Shown: positions 1 through 10,470 of the stretch, piece by piece
Numbering within the stretch: the stretch's first letter is position 1
Layout of the letters: the number at the start of each line of letters is the position of its first letter
Source: Selaginella moellendorffii
Lineage: Eukaryota > Plantae > Lycopodiophyta
Assembly: GCF_000143415.4 (NCBI RefSeq)
Contig: NW_003314297.1
Span: forward strand, 62,001-126,000
DNA length: 64,000 nt
Reading direction: 5' to 3'
Made by a program: the position numbers and the translations under genes
Notes under the pieces: model-generated
Database searches by the model: none
The model's input: the letters and a program-made list of their open reading frames with translations, nothing else
Told to the model about the DNA's origin: nothing

Positions 1-14
1 CGCTTCTATAACAG

Positions 15-1808
15 GACGTGGAGTCCAAAAGCTGCGAGCTTAGGATTCCTTCGAAGCGAACGGGTTCCGTGTCAAGCGTTCATTCCGCTCCTCTGGTGTT
101 AAAGGCAGACGCAAACAACGCTAGGACTATCTCTGTCAGAAAGTCTTCACCTTCTTCTCAAAAATCAAGCACAACAGTTCGTGCCTCAAGCTCTTCAGGC
201 AGCAAAATACAAAGAAGGTCTGCAGAGAGCTTGCATTTGGAACACGGCAAAGAGAACGCCGACCCCTTATACACAAGTGATCTCGAGGGCCCCCAGAAGT
301 TTAAGTTCTTGGAGCGAAAGAGTAAGGGGCCTCCGTTTATGACGAAGAAAATCGTTGACAACAATCAGCTTAAAGGAGAACCGGGCAAAGCCTCCAAGTC
401 CGACGGTGCAGTTTATCAAAAGAAAGTGCCTCAGACTCGGCAACCATCTGCAAGCAGTTATGTGAAAGGTAAACCAACAGAGGAAGACTCAAAGTCGCAG
501 AAAACCAGTGCCGACAGTTGCTCCGCCAGCAGCGAGATTTTTGAGATGAAGCTCGAGGGCGATGACACGGAGAGTTCATGCTCCTGTTCAGTTGCTGGGA
601 ACGCGACGTCTTTACAGAAAGAGAACTTGGCAGATGATCTAGAACCGGAGGTGACTTTCTTACGAGTGGAGGTGACAGACGTCGAAGCCTGTCCGGACGT
701 GGCCCAGGCAGAAATGCAGGTGAAAGACGAAGCATGCATACCAACTGTGGAAGGTGCTAGTGCTGAGGAAGTCAAGCAGGAGGTTGATAACCGGGAGTTG
801 AAGGGCGGAGAAACAGATGAACATCGTCTCGAGTCCAGTATGAGGGTCGGGAGTCCCGACTCTGATACTGTCGAAGTTGTGCTTGAAACAGCTCCAGACG
901 TGAGCAACGCAGCAGCAGCCAGAGAAGCTCATGCCTCCATTGACATGAGCGTTCTGATTGAAGAGCTTGAGAGGGAGGACGAGCTCTCGGAAGTGAAGAA
1001 AGTCGTCGACGTCGAGATCCCGGAGAAAGCGCCGCCATTCGAGAAAGCCAAGGCAACTCCTCTCTTCGAGCTTGCCGAGCTCGACCAGAAGCAGTTCCCG
1101 GCCGCCTACAAGGTGTATCCGCCGCTGGAGGACTTCAGCAGCACCACGGGAACGCAGTCGGAGGCGTCAGGCGTGTCCAGTGCGATATGCGGCCCTGGCG
1201 ACCCAAAAGTCGAGAGCTTCGGCTCGAGCAAAGACGAGGGAGAAGAGGCGACAGCCATCTACAATCCGGACTCCCCGACGCTCATGGTTGGCTCGTTTCT
1301 CCCGAGGAAAGTCGTGGTGGCCGGACAGACGCAGCCGAAGTGCACGATCTTCCCCGCAGTGGTGGAGACGAGGAAGAGCTCTTCGGACGCTGCGATGGCC
1401 CGATCGTCCAGCGAGCCGGGCTCTCCGACCAGGCAGCCGCTCTTCGATCTCTTGGCCAACGAGCACAACACTCAAAGCAACGCCACCACTTCCAACTCCG
1501 CCACCGCCGCCACCAGCGCCGCTACCATCGGTATCAAGCCTCTCAAGTCCGCGTCTCACAAGCTTCCTCATATGTGCAGGCTGCCATCGCCAGACGCCCG
1601 GGGCCACGCCACCGCACTGCTCGAGAAGAAGAACTCGGCTCCATCGTGCGCAAAGCTCGACTCTTCGTCGACGTCAAAGCCGCTCAGAGGCATCCGGAAG
1701 TTCTTGCGATTTGGAAGGCGGAGCTCGTCAGGATCATCGGCAGCAAACGCAGCGGCGGATCAAACAGGCAGGATCATGTGGCAGAATGGATGGTTCAAGG
1801 GGGAGTGA
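15..1808 (+). CDS. 3' part of a Ser/Glu-rich, probably disordered protein; C-terminal motif resembles the COP1-interacting protein (CIP7-like) family
   Basis: 596-codon open frame with no early ATG, preceded by an AACAG acceptor at 10-14, so probably a large exon of a gene starting before the window. KPLRGIRKFLRFGRRS resembles the KGFRRLLKFGRKS motif recalled for CIP7-related proteins. Confidence 0.5.
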   Translation, partial: DVESKSCELRIPSKRTGSVSSVHSAPLVLKADANNARTISVRKSSPSSQKSSTTVRASSSSGSKIQRRSAESLHLEHGKENADPLYTSDLEGPQKFKFLERKSKGPPFMTKKIVDNNQLKGEPGKASKSDGAVYQKKVPQTRQPSASSYVKGKPTEEDSKSQKTSADSCSASSEIFEMKLEGDDTESSCSCSVAGNATSLQKENLADDLEPEVTFLRVEVTDVEACPDVAQAEMQVKDEACIPTVEGASAEEVKQEVDNRELKGGETDEHRLESSMRVGSPDSDTVEVVLETAPDVSNAAAAREAHASIDMSVLIEELEREDELSEVKKVVDVEIPEKAPPFEKAKATPLFELAELDQKQFPAAYKVYPPLEDFSSTTGTQSEASGVSSAICGPGDPKVESFGSSKDEGEEATAIYNPDSPTLMVGSFLPRKVVVAGQTQPKCTIFPAVVETRKSSSDAAMARSSSEPGSPTRQPLFDLLANEHNTQSNATTSNSATAATSAATIGIKPLKSASHKLPHMCRLPSPDARGHATALLEKKNSAPSCAKLDSSSTSKPLRGIRKFLRFGRRSSSGSSAANAAADQTGRIMWQNGWFKGE

Positions 1809-2513
1809 CACGAAAAAAGAAAATTCCAGGAACGATGGATCATCATATCCTTGGAACTTTGGAACAACTTGTTTCATCATATATTTTGCTATCATCTTTT
1901 GCTACTCATCATACTAATCGACCATACTTTAATTTTAGTGAAGCATATACTAGAATATCCATCCAGTTGCGGGCATCTGACGGTGGGGCGTGGTCCCCTA
2001 TCCGACGGTTGCGGGGGCCCCAATTTTAAAATAACGTTTTCTTAGGTGTTGTGTGTTGACTGTGTGGCGAGTGACGAGCGCCGGACACGGGGAGGTTCCA
2101 TGGTTGTTTAAGCCACATCGAGAGAGAGCGCTTCTAGTTTTGGCCCTTTCCCTCGCATTTTTTTTGGTTGGATCCGGAGAAGCGTGCGAATGGCGCCTTT
2201 AGGATCATCGGTTTTGCTGCCCAAGACAATGGATTTAAGATCATTCGTCTTCTTCTCCTCGCTCATCCGCTTCCTCCTCCTCGTCCTCCTCCACCTCGCC
2301 TCCGCCGCCCTCGCATTCTCATTGCGGCATCGGAATCTGGCGTGAGCGCGGCCGATCGCGCTCGTAATCCGCGGCTTCCGAGATTTCTTGGCCCTAAAGA
2401 AAGGTTCTTGCGCCGTGATGCTCTAGACAGGATCTTGGCGCACAGGCATCCCCATTCAATCGTCCTCGAAATTTGGATCGGAATTCCGTCCTCCCGGCCT
2501 GGGGAATAGGAAC

Positions 2514-2549
2514 CTTCTTCTTCTTCTTCTTCTTCTTCTTCTTCTTCTT
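2514..2549. repeat. (CTT)12 microsatellite upstream of the VQ gene
   Basis: Perfect CTT run read directly; explains the poly-F/poly-E/poly-K ORFs in the track. Confidence 0.95.
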
Positions 2550-2865
2550 GCGCTCTTCTTCCTCGATCGATCGATCGGCGCACGGGCGCCTCCGCGTCAG
2601 CATCGGATTTGCCCCGCAGGTCAGCGATTCGTGGCATTTCCATTTCCTTGTGGCGATAGGACTGTACTCCCACGACATTGCGTACGTGACTCACCACAAA
2701 AGCGAAGCTATGGCGGGCGCTAGGCGGAATCTTTGATCCTTGACCGCACGAAATCGATCCATTCCACATCCGGGAGCTCTATCGTATCGATCGGTCCAAC
2801 CAGGTTTGCGATAATCTGTTTCCTTGCGGCTGGGCCAGGAGATACCGATCTCCCACTCTTCTATC

Positions 2866-3972
2866 ATGGGATGGGAGACCGAGTACCAAGAGAACCTGGC
2901 ATTCAAATCCCAGGCGGGCGAGGCTCTAGAGATGGAGCTCCAATCCCCGGGATCGCTGGTCGTCTCCAAATTGCCGTCATGGAGCAGCAGCAGCGGCCAC
3001 CTCCACGATCACAAATCATCCGACGATCAGAGCTGGGATCCCGTCATGACCTCTCTCTTGAAAGCCGGCAGCAACGTCGCCTCGCAATCGCCCACCTTCG
3101 ATCACGCCTCGAGCAGCTTCCTCCACACGAGCGCTACTACTGGAGCTTTCGCCCCCGGCTTTCCCAAATCATCCAGTGACGAGACAGCGGCGGAGCATCG
3201 CTCGGGCACTGGAATTCTAGTCGCTGGCTCTTCGGTTCTAAACGCTCCCTCCTCGGCCGGCGCGACGTCCACCAAAGTGAGCAAGAAGCGATCCAGAGCG
3301 TCCCGGCGTCCCCCGACCACGGTGCTCGAGGCGGACAGCGCCAACTTTCGATCCATGGTCCAGCACCTGACCGGCATTCCAGCGCCGCCACCCATGCTCG
3401 CCTCGTCCTTCCGCCCAGCCCGGTTCGATTACTTCGGGGCATCGCCGGGGCTCGTCCGGCCACAGCCCACGCGATCAGCTCTCTCGTTCGGCCACCACGG
3501 CGGCGCTCCGGGGGGCTTCTCGATCGATGGTGGCAGCGCCAGTGGGGGATTCCTCCAGACGTACCAGCCGCCATACAGCTTGAGAAGGCTGGAAGAGTTC
3601 CGCGGCTTCTCTTACGTCTCGGGGAGAGGAGGATCGTCGGTGCCGTCGTCTCACGGAAGTTTCATGGATCCGGCATCGCCGGGGGGGATTTACAGCTCCA
3701 TGCAAGCGACGCCAGGCGTCATCAACGCCAGGCCATCACACGGCACGACGCAAGAGGGCGTTTATGTCCCGCACAGCGCCACAAACCCGACCACCACTTC
3801 CTCCTCCTCCTCCGCCCTGGCAATGCCGTCGCTGTGGGAGTGCGAGGCCAGAGAGGGGGATCAGAGCGTAAATGCGAGAATAAAGCGAGAGGCCGGGGGC
3901 CGGGCGGAGGAGGCAACGACGAGGAGTAGTAGTGGCAGACCAATCGCATCGTGGTCAACCGGCAGCATTTAA
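2866..3972 (+). CDS. VQ-motif-containing protein (intronless CDS)
   Basis: KKRSRASRRPPTTVLEADSANFRSMVQHLTG contains the FxxxVQxLTG signature. First ATG of the frame is at 2866. Confidence 0.9.
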   Translation: MGWETEYQENLAFKSQAGEALEMELQSPGSLVVSKLPSWSSSSGHLHDHKSSDDQSWDPVMTSLLKAGSNVASQSPTFDHASSSFLHTSATTGAFAPGFPKSSSDETAAEHRSGTGILVAGSSVLNAPSSAGATSTKVSKKRSRASRRPPTTVLEADSANFRSMVQHLTGIPAPPPMLASSFRPARFDYFGASPGLVRPQPTRSALSFGHHGGAPGGFSIDGGSASGGFLQTYQPPYSLRRLEEFRGFSYVSGRGGSSVPSSHGSFMDPASPGGIYSSMQATPGVINARPSHGTTQEGVYVPHSATNPTTTSSSSSALAMPSLWECEAREGDQSVNARIKREAGGRAEEATTRSSSGRPIASWSTGSI

Positions 3973-4805
3973 GCTCGGGTATTCTTCTTTCTTGCTCGTG
4001 CAAACTTCTCTCACTTCCTCAGGTGTTTTGCTGATCTTCCCGGCTGGCTGGCTGTGTTCCAGGTGAGCAAGGATCATTAAAGGGAGGAAAGAGAGATCGC
4101 TTCGATCGGTGTGTACATAACAAAGACAAAGCAAATCAATCAATCAATCCGAGCGAGGTCGGTTTCCAAACAGCCTGTGAGTGAGGACTCTCTCTTGATT
4201 CCAGAATCGTTTTTTTGGTTGTTTAAGTGCTAATGTTTTCTCGGTAGTGATTCCTTTGATCTTCGTCCCACTAGGACACTACACAGGTAAATGCTTTTGT
4301 CAACAGTGGTGATGTTACATCTCTCACAGAGATTCTTTGTTTGTTTTTTTTTTTTTCCTTCTTCTTACAGGTGTGCAAGAATTTTGAGGCGCTGTGTCTC
4401 CTGCTGTCGTGACCGCTGCTGTGCCTGCCTGGTGGTGGTCACCCAGGAATTTTTGTGAAGCTGCAAAGCTCTCCCTCGATTCATCGATCCATCCGAATTC
4501 ATTCATTCGCGTTGTCTTGTTCCCTGGCAACGCGCTGTACGTATGCCTGGTGTTCTTCAATGCTTGCTCGCGCTTCTTTGTTTTCGCGCTTGGAATCATT
4601 GCCCGCGAGCTGTTCTTCCGAGGCATTTGTTTTTCAAAACAAAGAAAACTCAGTGCCAGAGTTTTGAGAAAGAACACACAGGTAGCCAAAGGTTTTTGAG
4701 AAAAGAACAGCCAAAGTCAAGATGTTCTCAGCTTCTTCGATCGAAAAGATAGTAACTCGTGTTTGATTCAAAGAAACTTTTTTCGAGAACAAGCATTCGT
4801 CTCAC

Positions 4806-5253
4806 TCACTTCCCAGAAGACCTGGAAAGCAAAGCAAAGCAAAGAACGCGCGTGAGCAAAGCGAGAGCGGAAGAACAAAAATGTATAGCTCACCTCATCT
4901 TCCTCAACACGGTGGACATCTCCTCGCGTTTCTTCTTGGCTCTCAGGTGGGTGCCGAGCTTCCGCTTGGCGACCTTGAGCGCGCGCTTGTCTTTGCCCAC
5001 CTTGAGCAGCTCCGTGATCCTCTTCTCGTAGGGAGCGAATCCCACCACCTCGCGGATGAGCTTCCTCACGAACAGCGTCCTCTTCTGGCCTTTCTGCGAA
5101 GAGGAAGACGAGAGATTTTCGAGAATTTCTTGATTAATCGCGAGATCTTACCCCTTTCATGTCGATCGGCCGCTTGGCCGGCGTCCTCTTGGTGACGGCA
5201 TGGCCCTTGTTGAGGCCGATGGCAATGCCGCTGCTCGCTACGTTGGGCGCCAT
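4806..5253 (-). CDS. RPL36: 60S ribosomal protein L36 (eL36), 3 exons (5253-5152, 5093-4894, 4821-4806)
   Basis: Spliced translation [23 protein letters not shown]...[63 protein letters not shown] with GT-AG introns; not in the ORF track. Confidence 0.95.
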
Positions 5254-5345
5254 CGCGCAGTCCCTAAACCCTAAACTCTTTTGCCCTAATGCGGTGAGGT
5301 CTCGGGTTCGAATCCTGAGAAGTGTCGAGATTTTCTCGTCTGGCT
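5254..5345. promoter_or_regulatory. Bidirectional promoter between RPL36 and the DUF3598-like gene, with a telo-box
   Basis: 92 bp between divergent ATGs; AAACCCTAA at ~5266-5274. Confidence 0.6.
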
Positions 5346-6297
5346 ATGGCGGTGGTGGAGGCGCGCAAGCTCGATCCTGAAGAGCTGTGGAAATGGATGG
5401 ACGATTTCCACTGGCAGAACTTCCACGGCATCTGGGTCAACTGGCGCATCGATGGGAGCTCTGCCTGCGACCCCGCCAAGGTGTATCGCAGCATCAGGTC
5501 ATTCCAGTCCCATGCCGACGATCGCTCGGTCGTCTTGCACAAGAACGATTGGTACGACCCCAGGGGCGGCGACAGGGATTGGATGCTTGGCCCGTGGCTC
5601 ATCAATCGCCAGGATCACTGCGCCGCCGATGGGATCATCCATCCCGCGGTTCCATCGTCGCGGACGCTCATCTTTCCAAACGGAGACCTTGGCTGGCTGC
5701 CGCTGGAGATTGATTTCCCCCGCAAGCCCGTGCCATCCGAGGTCCATTTCATGCTTCCAGGCGAGCTCTCTATCTAGCTCCATTCTTCTCTCTTGTCTTA
5801 GATCACTTCTTCGACCAGGCAAGGAGGGGAGAGCGGCGATCATCTTTAGCTACAGTACCGATGGATCGGTTTCAGCATCTCAGATTCTCGAGGAGTCCAG
5901 AGATTCGGGCGAGCGCCCGGGAGATTCATGGCACGGGAGCGTCTGGAAGCACGAACTCGCCACCGTTCCTCTGGAGCCGAGCCGGGAGGAGCCGCGCGGG
6001 GAATTCGTAGGCCAGGAGATGACGTTGTTTCCCTGCGATTTGACGCTGGAGACAAGAGGAGGAGTAGCCTGGGGAGGATTCAAGAGCGCTTGCGACGAAG
6101 AACAAGCCTTCATGGTCCATATGCCCTATGGATTCACGGCTTGCGTGCCAAGAAACGTGAATCCTGGCCAAGAATTCGCGTGCGTGGTGAATTGGGTGGT
6201 GAGCGCGGATGAAGTGAGGAGGATCTCGTGGAAGTATTCGGCGGAAGGGAAGCTCGATCACATCAAATCGGCAAGCTTCCACTCTGTGAAGACCTAA
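5346..6297 (+). CDS. DUF3598-like (calycin beta-barrel) protein, 2 exons joined by a probable GC-AG intron 5761-5818
   Basis: ORFs 5322-5777 and 5452-6297 join in frame via CAG|GCGAGC...CCAG|GC. C-terminus HMPYGFTACVPRNVNPGQEFACVVNWVVSADEVRRISWKYSAEGKL resembles the recalled DUF3598 pattern (LP.G....P......F...V.W......R....Y...G). Confidence 0.55.
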
Positions 6298-6389
6298 AAC
6301 AGAGTATTTTAAAATTTTAAAATTTTAAAATTTGCGGGAAAAGAGGATTAGGGTAAACCCTAGGGCTCCTCTCCTTGTTTGCCCGGGCG

Positions 6390-7150
6390 ATGCGCATTCT
6401 CCGGCAAGCGCGGGCGCTAAGCACCGGCGCTAGGGCTGCGCTTCACGATCTGCCGCAGCTGGAGCGGTCTTTCGATTCCATCAAGCGCAGGCTGCTGATG
6501 CCGCAGGAGGTGGAGACGCGCCGGATCCCGTCCATGAGCTTGGAGACGGTCAGTGTGGCGACCATGATGAAGAAGGCCAAAGGCGATCCTGACCGGCTCA
6601 AATCCGTGCTGCGGACCTCCGTTTCTAGGCTGCTGAGGGAGGAGCTCATGTCGCTCTTCTGGGTCTTCGTCAGGGCCAAGGAGATGGATCTTGCGGAATT
6701 GGTAAGAGAGCTGGGATTCCTTATCAAAATGTCGTGTTTTTCCACTGGACTTGGCAGATTTTTGGCTTGATCCGGAAGGAAAGCTGGTACAAGCCACAGG
6801 CATCGCTCTACTTGCATCTCATCACTGCCTACAGCGAGAGATTGGATTCCAAGGCGATGGAGAGGATTTTCCAGCTGCTGGATGAATCGGAGGAGGAGGG
6901 GCTCATTCCAAATGTTTTCTCGTTCCAGACTCCTATCCAAGCGTGCGTGAGCAGCACCGACTTCGATGCGTGCATGACGCTCTACGACCGGATGCATGCC
7001 TCGACGTGCCGGAAGGACGTCCGCTTCTACATGTACCTGACCAGGAAGTTCGAGGAGGCTGGGCTCCTAGACGAGGCGCAGAAGGTTTACGAGCATTATC
7101 TGGAGCTACGAAACACACAGGGATTGCGGACTTTGGTAGAAGAAGAGTGA
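6390..7150 (+). CDS. THA8-like short P-type PPR protein, copy 1 (exons 6390-6701, 6758-7150)
   Basis: Arg-rich transit-peptide-like N-terminus; SRLLREELM...LAEL|IFGLIRKESWYKPQASLY matches THA8/THA8L (RLLKxD...FExIRKxxWYKP). Confidence 0.75.
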
Positions 7151-7322
7151 GGAAAATCCATCGAGGTTGGCCAAGCGCTCCTCTCTCTCGCGGTACGTTA
7201 ACTGTGTTGATTCAAACTTTTCTCATTCTTTTCCTTTGTTTTCCTGTTCAGAAGCTCTTCCAGGATGGAATTCCACTTAGAAACAACTTGGTTTATCAAC
7301 ACACAAACCTTACAGGCTTTGC

Positions 7323-8894
7323 TTACGCTGGCTTTGGAAAGCAGAACGCCAGCAAGCTCTGTACGTCTTCAGCAATAGGCATGAAAGGCATGTTGACGAT
7401 GAGATCATTGGCATCTCTCAGGTGGCCCGCACGAGCTAGAAGGTCGATGATGCAGCTAAATTGCAACTTGGTTGGCTCCAGCCCATAATCGACCAGCATG
7501 GAAGCGAAGAGCTTGCACGCTTGGGTAGCATCACCCCTGTGGCTGCATCCAAACAGTAAGCTCGTAAAGCACATCTCGTCCGGATTCTCACCTTGGACAT
7601 TCAGGTCTTCAAACACGTCTTTCTGGAAGCCATCGACGTTGCGGGCGTGGTTGGACAAGGCTGTCCTCCAGGAAGTGAGATCACGATCAGGCATGGCTTG
7701 AAACAACTCCTGGGCTTGCCGGACACGTCCGTTCTGTGCGTATGCAGCGAGCATGGAATTCCACGACACCAAGTCACGAGACGGCATACAAGAGAAGAAC
7801 GCCTCGATCTCGCCCAAGCTTCCATTGACGGACAGGACCGAGTTTAGCGACACAAGGTCCATCTCCGGCATCGCCTGTGACAAAATCTTCACCTGGTCGA
7901 CATGGCCTCCAACTGAGTAGGCCCAGAGAATGGAGTTCCAGGAGAAGATGTCCACCACAGGCATGCTTTCAAAGAAGCAAATGGCTTGCTCGATATGTCC
8001 GTTCCGGGCATAGGCCGCGAGCATGGAGTTCCAGGAGACAAGATCCCATTCCGGCATGTCGTCAAACAAGAGCTTCGCTTCGCTGATACTTTGATTTTGT
8101 GTGTATGCTGTTATCATGGCTGTGAAAGTCACCAGAGTGTACGCAGGCAGCGATCTATACAAAATCCGAGCCCTTCCGAAGTAGCAAGTGTGGTTTGAGT
8201 ACGCAGTTAGCATGGAAGTGAGCGAGACAAGGTTGTGACAAGGCATAGCACGGAAGACATTGTTTAGTGTTTCCATATGCCCTGACTGGGCATATGCAGA
8301 TAGCAGAGTGTTCCATGAGATCATATCCCACAGTGGCATCTTCTTGAAAGTCTCCACTAGATTGTGCAGCTTTCCAGCACGCGAAAACCCATCCAGCATG
8401 CAGTTCCACGATGTTAAGTTCGGTCTTGGGTTTGATTCGAAGCATCGAGCTGCGGCAACAACATGCCCGTGAAGGGTATATGCCGCCAACATCGCATTCC
8501 ACGCAACATCATCTCTTTCGGGCATAGAGAGAAATAAGATCTCGGCCTGAGCTATTTGCCCCTGCTGTGAATAAGCCGCCAGCATGATTGTCCATGAAAC
8601 GGTGGTCCTGAACTCCATGGCATCAAACAGTTTCTGCGCCTCGCGGAGGCAGCCATCCTGGGCAAATGCTGTGAGCATCAGATTCCAGCAGAAAACGTCT
8701 CTGTGCTCCATGAGGTCGAAGATGTTCTTGGCAGGAGCTGTGCAGGAGCAGCGCACGTACATCCGTATGAGAAGCTTGCTCAAGTAGAGAAAAGTGTCCT
8801 GAGATATGTGCTCTCTGTGCTCCTCCACAAGCTTGTGGATTTGCCTGGCTTGGTTGGAGTCTTTGCATGATTTTATCGACTCAGCTAACTTCAT
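7323..8894 (-). CDS. PLS-class PPR protein A (31-aa SS repeats, truncated E domain, no DYW)
   Basis: Repeated DLVSWNSMLAAYAQNG...A..LF..MP units; ends FSCIIDLLARAGHLRDANDLIVNMPFMP and stops soon after. Confidence 0.9.
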   Translation of the reverse strand: MKLAESIKSCKDSNQARQIHKLVEEHREHISQDTFLYLSKLLIRMYVRCSCTAPAKNIFDLMEHRDVFCWNLMLTAFAQDGCLREAQKLFDAMEFRTTVSWTIMLAAYSQQGQIAQAEILFLSMPERDDVAWNAMLAAYTLHGHVVAAARCFESNPRPNLTSWNCMLDGFSRAGKLHNLVETFKKMPLWDMISWNTLLSAYAQSGHMETLNNVFRAMPCHNLVSLTSMLTAYSNHTCYFGRARILYRSLPAYTLVTFTAMITAYTQNQSISEAKLLFDDMPEWDLVSWNSMLAAYARNGHIEQAICFFESMPVVDIFSWNSILWAYSVGGHVDQVKILSQAMPEMDLVSLNSVLSVNGSLGEIEAFFSCMPSRDLVSWNSMLAAYAQNGRVRQAQELFQAMPDRDLTSWRTALSNHARNVDGFQKDVFEDLNVQGENPDEMCFTSLLFGCSHRGDATQACKLFASMLVDYGLEPTKLQFSCIIDLLARAGHLRDANDLIVNMPFMPIAEDVQSLLAFCFPKPA

Positions 8895-8977
8895 AGATTA
8901 TGGGACCATAGTAATTTACATCAGATTCTCTGCGAGTTGGGACATAGTTTCTCTCAATTCCTACCAAAGTTCTATCG

Positions 8978-10407
8978 CTAATCTTCGACAAAAAAGACTC
9001 TCTCCCTCTTCTCCAATCTGGAGGGAGCTTGTTCCGCCGGAGCATCCGCAAAGATCTGGAAGGACTTCTCCTTGAGCCCAGCCCTGCTAAAGCTCTTGGC
9101 CAGGTAGGCGTAGAGGCCGCGATGAACTTGGCACCCCGACGAGCGCATGAGCCTGTAAAACTGGAGGCACGTATCGAAGTCTGCCTGGAGGATGCAGCAG
9201 CGCATGGGCTCCGTGAGCATGGCCTCCGACAGGGCGACGCCCTCGCCCTGTGCCGTGTTGAGAAGCTCCAGGATTGGTCTCATTGGTTTCTTCCTCTCGT
9301 CGGCGCGGCAGTAGAAGCTGACAAGCCGCATGTAGGTTGATTCGCTCGGCTTGTACCAGCTCTCCTTTCGAATCAGCTCGAAAATCTGCAAAACAGATAC
9401 TTAGATCCAAGGACATGAAATGCCGTTCGCGAGAACAAGCAGATGGACTTCCAGGAGACGAAACCTTGCGAGGAGACAAGGAGGAGACATGATTTCCACA
9501 CACACACACACGTAGGAAAACATGAGAGATAACAACACAAACGTAGAAAGAACAAACAACGTTGGGGATGAGATAACAAAACCCTGGCAAGATCAAGGAC
9601 ATGCAATGGAGAGAAAACCACGAGTAAACGAAGGCAAGAACCAGAGCTCGCGAGAACAAGAAGATGGACTTCCAATCATAGAAAACATGGAGTATGGTTT
9701 GTTCTTTCTACGTTTGAAGATCCGGGACGAGATAACAAAACCTTGGCAAGTTCAAGAACACGAACAAAGACGCAAGGCAGCATGGAGAGAAAATACAACC
9801 TTAAGATCCATGAAACTTCCAATCGCCAGACTTCCAAACAGACAAGTGGAATCTAAACGTGATAGATCTTCCAACAACACTAGGAAGAACAAACAACGAG
9901 ACAAGGAAACTTGGAAAAAATCTGGAGAGAAAACGACGAGAAAGCAAAGCTTACGAGTAGAAAGCATGGATCTCCACGAACACGAACGTAGTAGAACGAA
10001 CAAACGAGGACGAGAATGCTACCACGTACCTTGAAAGCCAGGTCTATGTCGTTCTCCTGGTTCTTGAGGAACACATTTAAGACGTACTGGAGATCCTTGC
10101 AAAGGAGCCGCGAAGCGTGGCTGCCCAGGTACGCATCGAGCTTGGCCGGGGATTTCTTGGCGCTCCTCAGCAGCTGGATGACCGTGGCGGATTCGCGGCT
10201 GGCCCGCAGTGTCTTGGGCGGCGCCGCGTCCCTGATCTTCTTGCTCGGGAAGAGCTCCACAAATCTGCCAATGTCGACATCGTCGCACTCGTAATCCCCT
10301 TCCCTGTCCCAGCGATTGGCGCCGAATCGCCTGATCGAGGAGGCAGCAAGAGCAGCGCGATCCAAGAGCTTGATCTTACTCTTGGCGAGCGCTATGCCTA
10401 GCAGCAT
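8978..10407 (-). CDS. THA8-like PPR protein, copy 2 (exons 10407-10030, 9385-8978; 644-nt intron)
   Basis: HASRLLCKDLQYVL...DLAFK|IFELIRKESWYKP; the intron is at the same position as in copies 1, 3 and 4. Confidence 0.75.
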
Positions 10408-10470
10408 TCCCGCACTAGCGAATGGAAGAACCCTAAATTCCCGCGTGGAAGAAAATGCGCTACACAGGAG

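Noticed and set aside
2263-2769. ORFs with poly-E, poly-K or poly-F tracts
   Set aside because: They are translations of the (CTT)12 microsatellite.
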